From assembly GCA_028687915.1 (NCBI GenBank), contig JAQTZF010000001.1, positions 1,966 through 65,965 of the forward strand: a stretch of DNA of 64,000 nucleotides. The letters are read 5' to 3'. This document shows, piece after piece, positions 29,290 through 39,203 of this stretch (its first letter is position 1; each line of letters starts with the position of its first letter). Origin of the DNA: Candidatus Daviesbacteria bacterium. GTDB lineage: Bacteria; Patescibacteriota; Microgenomatia; Daviesbacterales; UBA10151. The notes below the pieces were generated by a model. The model saw only the letters and a program-made list of their open reading frames with translations, had not been told where the DNA came from and searched no databases. The position numbers and the translations under genes were made by a program.

Positions 29290-30330
29290 TTAGTTTGTGT
29301 AATAAACAGTAATTCTGACTGCATCTACCCAGGCAAAAGCTAATGTTGCTTTGGCAGTTAAACGAACACCGAATGTAGAACTATTAATATCTGCTGGTGT
29401 CCAAGATATTCCCCACAAATCGCTAACTCCTCCATATGTACTATACGCAAGTCCAGATGTAGACCAATTGGCTGCTTCGGCTTTATTTACAGTTCCCATC
29501 ACCCCTCCTTTAAGGATTAATACTTTATCATCATTAATCACTATTGGAGTTGTGGTGTAATGCGATTCTTTTTTAATTTCCACTGTAATACCAGTAATAG
29601 TTGCCCCAGCAGGAATATTGAAGCCAAAATTGGTGGCATCTAAATAATTAGTGTACACAATACCATGAGAACCAATACCAGCAACAGCAGGTACACCATC
29701 TTCAGTAAAAATATTCCCAACATTTGCCCAAATAGTAATTCCATACCCAGTTGTATTCGCTGCAGAACCTGCAAATTTTGTTACGCTAGAAGGAGTGCTT
29801 GTTGGTGAAGGAGTTGGAGAGGATGTCGGCGAAGCTGTAGGTGTTCCAGTTGGAGTTGAAGTTGGACTAGAAGTAGGTGTTATTGTAGGAGATGCAGTAG
29901 GTGTTGGGGCAACAGCAATATATGTTTCTTGTAATGAAACAACACAGAAGCATGTTGATACGCTGGTATCGCAAGCAGTACCAACTGGATGATTTTCTAA
30001 AGCTGCACAAACCTGAAAACCCTTGTTAGCTTCTCCATAAGAAATAAGATAATTTCCCCCTTCAGCAGGAGCTGGTACTACACCACTAGCAAAACTCTCA
30101 CCAGAAAGTGGGGTCAAATAGTCTCCCTTAGTAGTAAACTGAGTTTCCATAGCAGTAGCAATGGCTTTAACATCACCCTTTCTTTTTGCATCTCTAGTTG
30201 AACGTTGAACATTTGTGTAAATTATTAACCCTATACCTGTTAGGATAATAATCACAGCTATAACCATCAGTAGTTCTACCAAAGTAAACCCTGCTACTTT
30301 TTTGTTCTTTATGGCTTTAAGTCTTTTCAT
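29290..30330 (-). CDS. Type IV pilin-like protein with Thr/Pro/Ser linker and C-terminal domain
   Basis: Prepilin motif 'AGFTLVELLMVIAVI', 'RDAKRKGDV', (TP/SP)n linker; start at 30330 avoids overlap with the upstream gene. Confidence 0.88.
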   Translation of the reverse strand: MKRLKAIKNKKVAGFTLVELLMVIAVIIILTGIGLIIYTNVQRSTRDAKRKGDVKAIATAMETQFTTKGDYLTPLSGESFASGVVPAPAEGGNYLISYGEANKGFQVCAALENHPVGTACDTSVSTCFCVVSLQETYIAVAPTPTASPTITPTSSPTSTPTGTPTASPTSSPTPSPTSTPSSVTKFAGSAANTTGYGITIWANVGNIFTEDGVPAVAGIGSHGIVYTNYLDATNFGFNIPAGATITGITVEIKKESHYTTTPIVINDDKVLILKGGVMGTVNKAEAANWSTSGLAYSTYGGVSDLWGISWTPADINSSTFGVRLTAKATLAFAWVDAVRITVYYTN

Positions 30331-30332
30331 TC

Positions 30333-30713
30333 TTAAATAATCCAATACATGTAATCTTTTAGTGTTAAAATGATTAAAATTAAGAAATTAATAAAAATAA
30401 ATGCAATTACCCAATGAGGAAATTTTAGTTTTTTACTAAATACCAAACCTAAAGATAAAAGAGCAAGATATAAATATAACAAGATGAGTCCATAATCCAC
30501 AGGGCAATTAAATCCTGCATTTCTGTGAATCATGTCTACAGGAAAAAAAGTACATGGAATAGAAATAAATAATGACTCAGGTAAATTTTTAAAAACCGTC
30601 AATATTATCCCCAAATCACGAGATAAAAAAATAACAAACAAAAGATTTACTATAAAAATAATTAAAAGATAGTAGCCTACAAACCTAGCTAAACTTTTAT
30701 AATTAATTTTCAT
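30333..30713 (-). CDS. Hypothetical membrane protein
   Basis: Three hydrophobic segments; ATG 30713 chosen because the longer track ORF overlaps the pilin gene. Confidence 0.55.
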   Translation of the reverse strand: MKINYKSLARFVGYYLLIIFIVNLLFVIFLSRDLGIILTVFKNLPESLFISIPCTFFPVDMIHRNAGFNCPVDYGLILLYLYLALLSLGLVFSKKLKFPHWVIAFIFINFLILIILTLKDYMYWII

Positions 30714-30792
30714 TTCTTTAAAAATAGTAGCAATAAAACAAAAAACAAGCAACCAATTATTAAAACAAAATTTAATAATGTTAAGGGTAAAC

Positions 30793-31944
30793 TTAAAGTG
30801 CACATCCAGTACCACTATTATAAAGGGCACTAATTTCTGAAGAAGAAAGTGCTCGATTATATACTCTAAGATCATCTAAAAATCCACTCATTACATTTAC
30901 ACTTCCACCATAAGAACCAATATAAAGTGTTCCTACCACCCTATTAAAAGTAGTTTCCCAAGTACCAGCACATTGTTCGGAACCATTTAAATACGATTTA
31001 ATATTGTTATTATCCCAAACCCAAGCAATATGATTATAAGTATTCAAAGGGATTGATGATATGGGGATACTGCATGAATATATATCTGAATCCGCATTGT
31101 AGGCTTGTAACCCTCCAGATCCGTTAAAATAAAATATTGGCTTACTTCCAGTAAAGCTAACTATACCCTTAGATACTTGACTACTTGGAATTTTTATCCA
31201 TCCTGCCACAGTCCCTGTTTCCCCAACAATTCCATCACTTGCCGGGAAACTTGAAACCGCTATATAATCATCCACCCCATCAAAACTACACCCACCCCTA
31301 TTCTTCCCAGTAATTGTACAATCCATACCTGTACCGTTAGTAGCTACTCTAGCTAGTCCATCATATCTATTGCTTGATGAATCAATTAATGTTTGATCTC
31401 CTGAAACATTATCATCCATCTTCCAATAACCAGCTAACCCTGAAGTTAATACCCCATAAGGGTCACAGGAAGGGCTAGAACCACCGCCTCCCCCTCCGCC
31501 ACCTCCTCCTAAAAAAGTAGAGTTTTGAATAGAAGAAATACATTGGCAAGTAGAAGAGCTGGCATAACATGGTTGTCCTCCCTGAGAACCAAGTCCAACA
31601 CAAATAGCAAATCTGTCTATTGCCTGAGTAATACAATTACTGGATGGACCAATTAAACAAGGATAATCTCCTCCTTCAGGCATTTTAGGGATATTTCCTG
31701 ATGAAAAATCAGTGTTAGTTAAAGTTTGATAGGAACCTAAATTAGAATATTTAATTTCATAAGCTTTAGAAATATTGTTTAAGTCTGTTTTTCTTTTGGT
31801 ATCCCTGGCAGCATTAGTAACACCGCTAAAAACAGCTACTCCAATCGTTGCAAGTATAGCAAGAACAGCTATCACCACTAGAAGTTCAATCAGAGTGAAG
31901 CCTCTGCTTCGCGCTTGTGCACTAAAACCCTTTATCCCCTTCAT
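30793..31944 (-). CDS. Type IV pilin-like protein fused to a LamG domain
   Basis: 'RGFTLIELLVVIAVL', 'ARDTKRKTDL', poly-Gly linker, LamG 'GLAGYWKMDD...LDDLRVYNRALS'. Confidence 0.9.
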   Translation of the reverse strand: MKGIKGFSAQARSRGFTLIELLVVIAVLAILATIGVAVFSGVTNAARDTKRKTDLNNISKAYEIKYSNLGSYQTLTNTDFSSGNIPKMPEGGDYPCLIGPSSNCITQAIDRFAICVGLGSQGGQPCYASSSTCQCISSIQNSTFLGGGGGGGGGGSSPSCDPYGVLTSGLAGYWKMDDNVSGDQTLIDSSSNRYDGLARVATNGTGMDCTITGKNRGGCSFDGVDDYIAVSSFPASDGIVGETGTVAGWIKIPSSQVSKGIVSFTGSKPIFYFNGSGGLQAYNADSDIYSCSIPISSIPLNTYNHIAWVWDNNNIKSYLNGSEQCAGTWETTFNRVVGTLYIGSYGGSVNVMSGFLDDLRVYNRALSSSEISALYNSGTGCAL

Positions 31945-32012
31945 ATATTAAGGTTACTACAAGTTCAAAAGAGTGGTCAAATTATTATTTCCAAGATTAC
32001 ACACATTGCTAC

Positions 32013-32042
32013 AAAAAACAAAAAATCTCCCTTTCAGGAGAT
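32013..32042 (-). terminator. Intrinsic terminator after 5S rRNA
   Basis: Minus strand ATCTCC-tgaaag-GGAGAT followed by TTTTTGTTTTTT. Confidence 0.7.
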
Positions 32043-32052
32043 CTTTTGATAA

Positions 32053-32170
32053 ACCCGGCAATGACATATTGTCCCGGGGCCTTTCGACCCTAGTATCGTC
32101 GGCGCTGAAGCGTTTGACTGCTGAGTTCGGGAAGGGATCAGGTCGTTCCGCCTCGCTCAAATCACCGGAC
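32053..32170 (-). rRNA. rrf: 5S rRNA
   Basis: Minus strand 'tccggtgatttgagcg...gatcccttcccgaactcagcagtcaaacg...gccgacgatact...ttgccggg', with conserved CCGAAC and paired termini; ends approximate. Confidence 0.92.
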
Positions 32171-32254
32171 GTTTATAATAACAAATTTTGATCTAAGAAT
32201 CAAGAATTAACATTAACAACATGCCTAGAAAAGGCATTCTATTTCTCTTATAAT

Positions 32255-33175
32255 ATGTCTATTAAAAAAGAAGCACTCAGAACCAATCAGACTTGTCCAG
32301 AATATACCCTTCGTTTAGTTGTTGATAAAGAGTGTCCTTTTGACTGCATATATTGCTTTCAAGAAGGAACAAACTATTCTAAATCTAGTTCCCATGAAAA
32401 CCCTGACTTCCTAAGCCTAGTTGATAAGTTTGCAGCCGTAAGACCGATCTCTAAAATACGTTTAACAGGCGGAGAGCCTTTAATTTATGCCCCTCTCCTT
32501 CCTCTATTAAAAGGTTTAAAAAGAAAATTTCCATCTCTTGATCTAGGCATAACGACAAACGGAAGTACACCAAGAATTTTACAAAACGTAATAGAAGAGT
32601 TTACTGATACTCCTTTACATATGAACATTTCAATCCCAAGCCTAAATGAAGAAATGTTTAAGAAGCTAACAAATACAGCAAGGCTACCAGAAGTTTTATC
32701 CTCAGTTAATCAGTTGAGAGAAAGTAGTTTTTCTTCTCACGCAAATATTAATTTTATATTTTTAGAAGGAGTTAATGACCTTGAACTACCAGAAATGTCT
32801 GCTTTTGCTAGAGTAAATAATTTACCCTTAAAAGTTATGCAATTAACAGTTAATGAATTTAATTCTGATGCACTTAGAAGACTAAATACAGGTTCAGCAA
32901 ACCAAAGATTAATCACAGAACGAATACAGGATTTAGGATATCTTCCATCACAGCACCCAGATTCGTTTATTAAAGATGGTCATATAATTCGGGTTATTGG
33001 ACAAGTTGCACCACAAACTGATCAATATTTCAGAGATTATAAAACATTTAGGCTATATTACGACGGGAGAATTGGTATTTGTGGTGATAATGATGGAATA
33101 ATCAGACCAATTAATATGGATAATCCAAGACAAACTTTTTTAGAAGTAGTAACTGAAGCTGAAAAATTCCTCTAA
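32255..33175 (+). CDS. Radical SAM protein, MoaA-like
   Basis: CPFDCIYC (CxxxCxxC), 'KIRLTGGEPL', 'ITTNG', 'GVND.E'; lacks the C-terminal CxxC of MoaA. Confidence 0.85.
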   Translation: MSIKKEALRTNQTCPEYTLRLVVDKECPFDCIYCFQEGTNYSKSSSHENPDFLSLVDKFAAVRPISKIRLTGGEPLIYAPLLPLLKGLKRKFPSLDLGITTNGSTPRILQNVIEEFTDTPLHMNISIPSLNEEMFKKLTNTARLPEVLSSVNQLRESSFSSHANINFIFLEGVNDLELPEMSAFARVNNLPLKVMQLTVNEFNSDALRRLNTGSANQRLITERIQDLGYLPSQHPDSFIKDGHIIRVIGQVAPQTDQYFRDYKTFRLYYDGRIGICGDNDGIIRPINMDNPRQTFLEVVTEAEKFL

Positions 33176-33199
33176 CACGATTACAGTTATAAATATATT

Positions 33200-33323
33200 C
33201 TTTGACTTGGAATAAGCGAAGCTTGCGAGCTTTGCTCTTAAAGAACGTTAAAAATTTTCTCAGAAAATTTAGGGTACACCTTTCGCAAAGCGAAAGGCAA
33301 GCTATGCTTACTTCCCGTCAAAG
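33200..33323. repeat. MITE/REP-like palindromic element with ~27-bp imperfect terminal inverted repeats
   Basis: CTTTGACTTGGAATAAGCGAAGCTTGC ... GCAAGCTATGCTTACTTCCCGTCAAAG, with three internal hairpins; shortened copy at 39114-39160. Confidence 0.7.
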
Positions 33324-33903
33324 TGGCTTTGGGCGTCTTTGCCACCAAAGACGCAAAATAAATAGATGAAAATAAGAGAAAAAATTTTGTACTCAAACTT
33401 ATAGGATTAGTTAGGTAGAATTGGATATTTTACACTTCAATCCTGTGGCTAACGCCCGGGACCTAGGTGCTTTGCACTCTGGAATGTGAATACGATATTA
33501 GTCAAAGGCTTTGAGCCAAAAAAACTCAACGATGACCATTAGTACTCTTAAGCTAAACACCTTACGATGCTTACACTGAGAGCCTATCAACCCGGTAGTC
33601 TTCCGGGGGTCTTAAAGATTCCTAATCTCAGGATCTGCTTCGTGCTTAGATGCTTTCAGCACTTATCAGGAAAGAACGTAGCTACCCGGCGCTGCCATTT
33701 TATGACAACCGGCACACTAGAGGTTCCCTCGTCTCGGTCCTCTCGTACTAGAGACAACTTCCCTCAAGAATCAAAACGCCCATACTGGATAGAGTCCAAC
33801 CTGTCTCGCGACGGTTTGAACCCAGCTCGCGTACCACTTTAACTGGCGAACAGCCAGACCCTTGGGACCTTCTACAGCCCCAGGATGTGATGAGCCGACA
33901 TCG

Positions 33904-34211
33904 CTGTCATTATTTGTCTACAATTACTTGTAGGATCAGACTATACCTTCACCCTGCTTTGCAGGGGCTAGCCTTTTATCCAAGTTTCAAAACCTTGAAT
34001 CCGATCTTTCGATCAAGTCGTTACGGGGTACGTTCATGTAAACTACGTTCGTGTAAACCAAACCGTAATAAACTGAATGTACTTCCCTCGGTGTTGTCCA
34101 TCATTACTGATTAGGAGTTCACCGATTTTAGCTAGTATTTTTTCAAAAAGACTTTTTATATTAAGTTCTAACAGAGCTACAGAATTACTCCTGCCGCACC
34201 CCAATGTATTA
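33904..34211 (-). ncRNA. Group I intron at 23S position L2500 (308 nt, no ORF)
   Basis: Interrupts GGCACCU^CGAUGUCGG; 5' exon ends in U and intron ends in G; P1 GCACCU|UAAU pairs with AUUGGGGUGC; core AAAUCGGUGAA / ACACCGAG / GUAACGACU / AAGGUAUAGUCU. Confidence 0.92.
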
Positions 34212-34251
34212 AGGTGCCGAACGATACCGTCCTTGTGGACTGTTGGGTATC

Positions 34252-34285
<34 letters not shown>

Positions 34286-34597
34286 ATAAGCCTACTCCCT
34301 CCCACGAGGAAAGTAGGGATCACTAAAGCCTGCTTTCGCACCTGCTCGACTTGTAGGTCTTGCAGTCAAGCACACTGTATACTTTTGCGCTTAAATCTCC
34401 GTTGCCATTGGAGATAAGTGTACCTTTGCACTCCTCCGTTACTTTTTTGGAGGAAACCGCCCCAGTTAAACTGCCCGCCAGACCTTGTTACGGTGCCGGA
34501 TTACGGCTACCGCTAGAGATTTAAAAATCTAAAAAAGAGGTGTTTCATTGTCGCCGAAGCTCCCTCCTACTCTACATAAATAAATTTTCAAATCAGG

Positions 34598-34635
<38 letters not shown>

Positions 34636-34735
34636 AAGTATGGGAAGGCCGCATCTTCACAGCCACTGCAATTTCGCCGAGTCTATCCTCAAGACAGTTC
34701 CTAAGTCGTTCTACCTTTCGTGCGGGTCTGAACTC

Positions 34736-35111
34736 CATTTTAAAACTGTCATTCTAAATAAATTTAGAAATCTTACATTTGTTTTTATGATTTAATGATT
34801 TTTAAATCCTCTACGTCGCCATAGAGATCGGACTATATCTTGTACGTTCATGTAAACTGAACGTACTCCAACGTGTAGTCTCTGAGGGTTTTTTGATATA
34901 AATATCAAAATCTTCCCTGCTGATTGACTCCACTAACAGATTGTCACTACGTTTATGTAAACTAAACGTAGTACTGTTAGATACTGAGTTATTCCAGCAT
35001 ATAGTTGGATTTTCACTACTTAAGGTTTTTTGCATACTAATCTAGCAATTTTCAACGAATTCCCGAGTGTTGTACATTGCTGTACATTCTAGCAAGTTTG
35101 TTACCGCACCT
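34736..35111 (-). ncRNA. Group I intron at 23S position L1951 (376 nt, no ORF)
   Basis: Interrupts GUCUGGU^GAGUUCAGAC; P1 CUGGU|AGGU pairs with ACUUGCUAG giving the U.G splice-site pair; P AUGCUGGAA, Q AAUCAGCAGG, R UCAGAGACUA, S AAGAUAUAGUCC; P3 UCCAAC/GUUGGA. Confidence 0.92.
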
Positions 35112-36015
35112 ACCAGACAAGGAATTTCGCTACCATAGAACAGTTATAGTTACTGCTGCCGTTCACCAGATCTTAGACCCCTTCCTCATCCAGTCTTACG
35201 ACTGGAGTCAAGAGAAGTTTTAAATTACTGGCACTGGGCAGGTGTCAGCCCCTATACATCAGCTTTCGCTTTAGCAGGGACCTGTGTTTTTGCTAAACAG
35301 TCGCTCAGGATCATTAACTGCGTCCCACATTGCTGCGGGAAGGACATCTTGCAAACTTACGTCCAGCTTTTGTTGCCGAGTTCCTTAAGGATAGTTCTCT
35401 CGATCGCCTGTGTATACTCAACTCGCCCACCTGTGTCGGTTTGTGGTACGGCTTGATACTGCTCCCTTTACGAAACTTTTCCTGAAAACAGAACATCACT
35501 TTCTTACGTATTCGTAACTCGAATATGCACTCCGACAAGTCTTGCGACTAATCGGAATGTTCCGACTTGCGTCGGACTGAGAGCGGATTTACCAACCCTC
35601 ACTTCCTTGTCACTTAAACCCCCATATAGAGGGCAAAGTTATTCCCATTTTGTCCTTCCGTAAAGTATTCACGAACAGCACATATACCCGAATTTTGACG
35701 GGTAATCCATCGACTACGCCATTTGGCCTCGTCTAAGGTACCGATTAACCCTATTCTGATTAACATTGAATAGGAAACCTTGGGCATTCGGCGTTAATGT
35801 TTTTCACATTAATTTCGCTACTCATACCGGCATTCTCACTTCTATACGCTCCACCCCGCCTCACGACGAAGCTTCATTGCCTATAAAACGCTCCCCTACC
35901 ACGTCACAATCATGTAACTGATTGTGACATCCGTAGCTTCGGTAGAACTTTTAGCCCCGGTTCGTTGTCGGCGCGAAATCCCGTAGTAGACCAGCGAGCT
36001 GTTACGCTTTCTTTA

Positions 36016-36052
<37 letters not shown>

Positions 36053-36617
36053 AAGGAATTTCACATCCTTTAACACTTAAAGTTCATTTAGGGACCTTAG
36101 CTGTCGGTCTGGGTTGTTTCCCTCAGGACCGCTCCGCTTAGCCGGATCGGACTGACTCCTGCTACACACGTTAGTATTCGGAGTTTGATTGGATTGACAG
36201 TCTTGCGACCATCAGATCCATCCAGTGCTCTACCCCTAACGTGATTCCACAGGGCTATACCTCAATATATTTCGGGGAGAACCAGCTATCTCCGAGTTCG
36301 ATAGGCATATCACCTCTAACCACACCTCATCCTAGACTATTGATACAGTCACAAGTTCGGGCCTTCCCCGCCTTTTACAGCAGGTTCGCCCTGGACATGG
36401 TTAGCTCACTCGGTTTCGGGTCTGCCATATTCTCCTAAATCGCCCAGTTAGGGCTCGCTTTCACTGCGCCTACAAACATTCCTGTTCTTAGACTTGGAGA
36501 ATAAGACAACTCACCGGTTCATTCTTCAAAAGGCACACGGTTGTCCTAATAAATTAAGACTTCCGCAGCTTGACAACATACGGTTTCAGGTACTATTTCA
36601 CTGAGCGTTTCGCTCTT

Positions 36618-36657
<40 letters not shown>

Positions 36658-37333
36658 TGAAAGTATATTTAGCCTTAACAAGTGGTCTTGCTAGCTTCAC
36701 CCAGGATTACACGTGTCCTAGGTTACTCAGGAATCCGACCACGGCAGTCCAGATTTCGCTTACAGGGCTATCACCCTCTTTGGCATTCCTTTCCAGGAAT
36801 TTCAGCTATCCGTTCTACTCGCTACTGTCGGTCCTACAACCCCACGGGTTTCAAGTATTGCTACCTGAAGTGATCTGTGGTTTGGGCTTTTCCCTTTTCG
36901 CTCGCCACTACTGGGGGAATAAACTATTGTTCTCTTTTCCTGCGCTTACTTAGATGTTTCAGTTCAGCGCGTACCCCTTCCAACACTATTAATTTATGTT
37001 GGAATAATTGCCGATTAAGACAATTGGATTATTCCATTCGGAAACCTCTGGATCATAGCTTCTTAGCAGCTTCCCAGAGACTATCGCGGCTTAGTGCGTC
37101 CTTCATCGGTACTTTCAACCAAGGCATCCACCGTATGCATTATTGTTGAGTATCTTTTGGCTTGTAAATTCTCCGATAAATCGGAGAAAAATTTGGCCTT
37201 CTTCCCAAATTACAAATAAATTTGTAATTGTTTAAATCGTATTCACATTTCAAAGTGCAAAATCCAGATTATCTGGAACTCAGAAAACCGGAAATTCCGA
37301 TGTTCTGAGCCTCAGATTATCCAACCATCCCCT

Positions 37334-37409
37334 TGGTGGACCCAAGGAGGATCGAACTCCTGACCTCCTCATTGCAAATGAGGCGCTCTACCAACTGAGC
37401 CATGGGCCC
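37334..37409 (-). tRNA. tRNA-Ala(TGC)
   Basis: gggcccatggctcagttggtagagcgcctcattTGCaatgaggaggtcaggagttcgatcctccttgggtccaCCA; 76 nt. Confidence 0.96.
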
Positions 37410-37540
37410 TGGCTACGTTCACATATTAAGTTATAATTAGAGGGATACAACGCTAAAAAGGTCTTGCTTCCTCGCACCAAGGAAGTCTTGAAGCGAGTGT
37501 TAAATTAATGGTGCGTTGGTTCTCATGTATTAACTTTGAA

Positions 37541-37569
37541 AGTTTACCAAAATAGCTACGCCTTGTCAA
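37541..37569 (-). promoter_or_regulatory. Sigma70-type promoter for tRNA-Ala/23S
   Basis: TTGACA-17 bp-TAAACT with an extended -10 TG. Confidence 0.8.
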
Positions 37570-37591
37570 TCACAAATCACTCTCAGTTATC

Positions 37592-37858
37592 TTATTTCTC
37601 TAAACATAAATTCTTACCATTTAGTCTATTAAAGAAAACCAGTCTGTTTCCTTGATCTGATTCAGAACCAAAAAAGAACTTTAACTCTTTTTCTGAAAAT
37701 GACCAAACAGCTTCATCAGCCAACATCTTAAGAGGCATATCATCCTCTTCGTACAAAGCTCTTAATACTCTACCCTTTATCCATTTACAATCATCCTCCT
37801 GAAACATTACACGAGTGCCTGCAGCAAAATTTATATCAACTTTAACTTCCTTACTCAT
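37592..37858 (-). CDS. Hypothetical protein
   Basis: ATG 37858 lies 6 nt after TGT-TATAAT; 88-aa ORF with no recognisable motif. Confidence 0.6.
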   Translation of the reverse strand: MSKEVKVDINFAAGTRVMFQEDDCKWIKGRVLRALYEEDDMPLKMLADEAVWSFSEKELKFFFGSESDQGNRLVFFNRLNGKNLCLEK

Positions 37859-37913
37859 CGGCAAATTATAACAATAACCAGCCTAAATTCAACACTCTTA
37901 ATATTTCAATGTT

Positions 37914-38339
37914 TCAGCTTCCCACAAGTACTGGAAACTCAAGAGCTTTAGTAAAATTAGGACATTTCTGAACTGATTCTTCATCCATTGATTTTCGGTC
38001 TATATCTAATGTACGTTCATCAGTTATCAAATTTATTCTCCACACACCTTCAATTTCAGAAGATTGAGGGTTTTGACAAATATAATCTTCTTTAGCACAC
38101 CCATAACAACGACCCTGCCAAAACAGATTTCCTGCTGCTTTCATTTGTTTTATTGCAAATTCCTTTTGTATAGCTAATAAATTAATCCGCATGACACAGC
38201 TTTCAATTTTTTCATCCTTAAAACTATAATTTTCCTTGCCTTCACCTCTAATTTCAAATCTTCCCTGAATTAAAGGGATTAAAGGTTCCTGACATCGAAT
38301 TAAACCATCTATATTGCATAAATTACATCTTTCAGGCAT
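37914..38339 (-). CDS. Hypothetical Cys-rich protein
   Basis: 141 aa; CNLC and CYGC motifs; purine-rich SD-like AAAGGAGAG upstream. Confidence 0.65.
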   Translation of the reverse strand: MPERCNLCNIDGLIRCQEPLIPLIQGRFEIRGEGKENYSFKDEKIESCVMRINLLAIQKEFAIKQMKAAGNLFWQGRCYGCAKEDYICQNPQSSEIEGVWRINLITDERTLDIDRKSMDEESVQKCPNFTKALEFPVLVGS

Positions 38340-38405
38340 ATTTCTCTCCTTTCTTTAATGCAAATATGACATAACTTAATTTAAGCGTCAAATTTTTAAA
38401 CATTT

Positions 38406-38434
38406 TTGACAAATTTTATACAAAATGTTAAGAT
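38406..38434 (+). promoter_or_regulatory. Sigma70-type promoter, leaderless-type spacing
   Basis: TTGACA-17 bp-TAAGAT, then 6 nt to ATG 38441. Confidence 0.72.
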
Positions 38435-38440
38435 TTTAAC

Positions 38441-39091
38441 ATGATTACTGTTCCAGAGGTTGTGGAAGAATTAGTCAAGCAAAAACCCTTACTGGAAGAA
38501 GGGCTTGCTTCAGACATTATTAACCTATCTTCTTTGGCAAGAGAATTTCAGCCGTTTATCCAAAAAAAGTTATATAAGGATATTCAAACAGGCGCTATTG
38601 TGATGGCTTTAAAAAGGTTATCTTTAAAGCTAAAAAAGCAGCAAAATAAGATTTCTTCCCTACTTATCAATATAGGGGATATTACAGTCCGTTCAAATTT
38701 AGTTGAATTTACCTACACCAATTCACCAACTTTAGCTTTAAAGCAAAGTATTTTATTGCAGGATGTTGATCAGGAAAAGAGTGCTTTTTTAACCCTCACA
38801 CGCGGTGTTTATGAAACAACAGTTATTATTAGCTCCTCTTTGGAAAAAGAGGTGGAAAGGGTCTTTCAGGGAGAACATTTAAAGTCCAAATTTGATAATC
38901 TTTCTGCTATTACTCTAATATTGCCAGAGAGTGCTTTAAACCAATCAGGAGTGTATTACACAATACTTAAAAAGTTAGCTTGGGAAGATATTAATTTTAT
39001 TGAGGGTATTTCCAGCATGACAGAGCTAACAATTATTTTGAAAAGTTCCCTGGTGGATAAAGCCTTTTCTACCCTCAAAAACCTCTCTTAA
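38441..39091 (+). CDS. ACT-domain protein (aspartate kinase regulatory domain-like, no kinase domain)
   Basis: 'IINLSSLAR', 'GAIVMALKRL', ACT-like 'GVYYTILKKLAWEDINFIEGISSMTELTIIL'. Confidence 0.78.
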   Translation: MITVPEVVEELVKQKPLLEEGLASDIINLSSLAREFQPFIQKKLYKDIQTGAIVMALKRLSLKLKKQQNKISSLLINIGDITVRSNLVEFTYTNSPTLALKQSILLQDVDQEKSAFLTLTRGVYETTVIISSSLEKEVERVFQGEHLKSKFDNLSAITLILPESALNQSGVYYTILKKLAWEDINFIEGISSMTELTIILKSSLVDKAFSTLKNLS

Positions 39092-39113
39092 GTTTCCTGT
39101 TCTGTTATTTCTT

Positions 39114-39160
39114 CTTTGACTGGAATAATAAATAAAATTTAGGTCAACTTCCCGTCAAAG
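39114..39160. repeat. Internally deleted copy of the 33200-33323 element
   Basis: CTTTGACTGGAATAA...AAAATTTAGGT...ACTTCCCGTCAAAG, followed by hairpin CACACTTTTTTAAAAAAGTGTG (39170-39191). Confidence 0.7.
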
Positions 39161-39203
39161 GATTTTTGCCACACTTTTTTAAAAAAGTGTGAGAATAAAA
39201 AGA

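Noticed and set aside
31957-32191. 67-aa and 72-aa ORFs
   Set aside because: They overlap the 5S rRNA and its terminator.
32255-33175. Calling the radical SAM gene moaA or a viperin
   Set aside because: The auxiliary-cluster CxxC of MoaA is missing and I see no viperin-specific motif; left unnamed.
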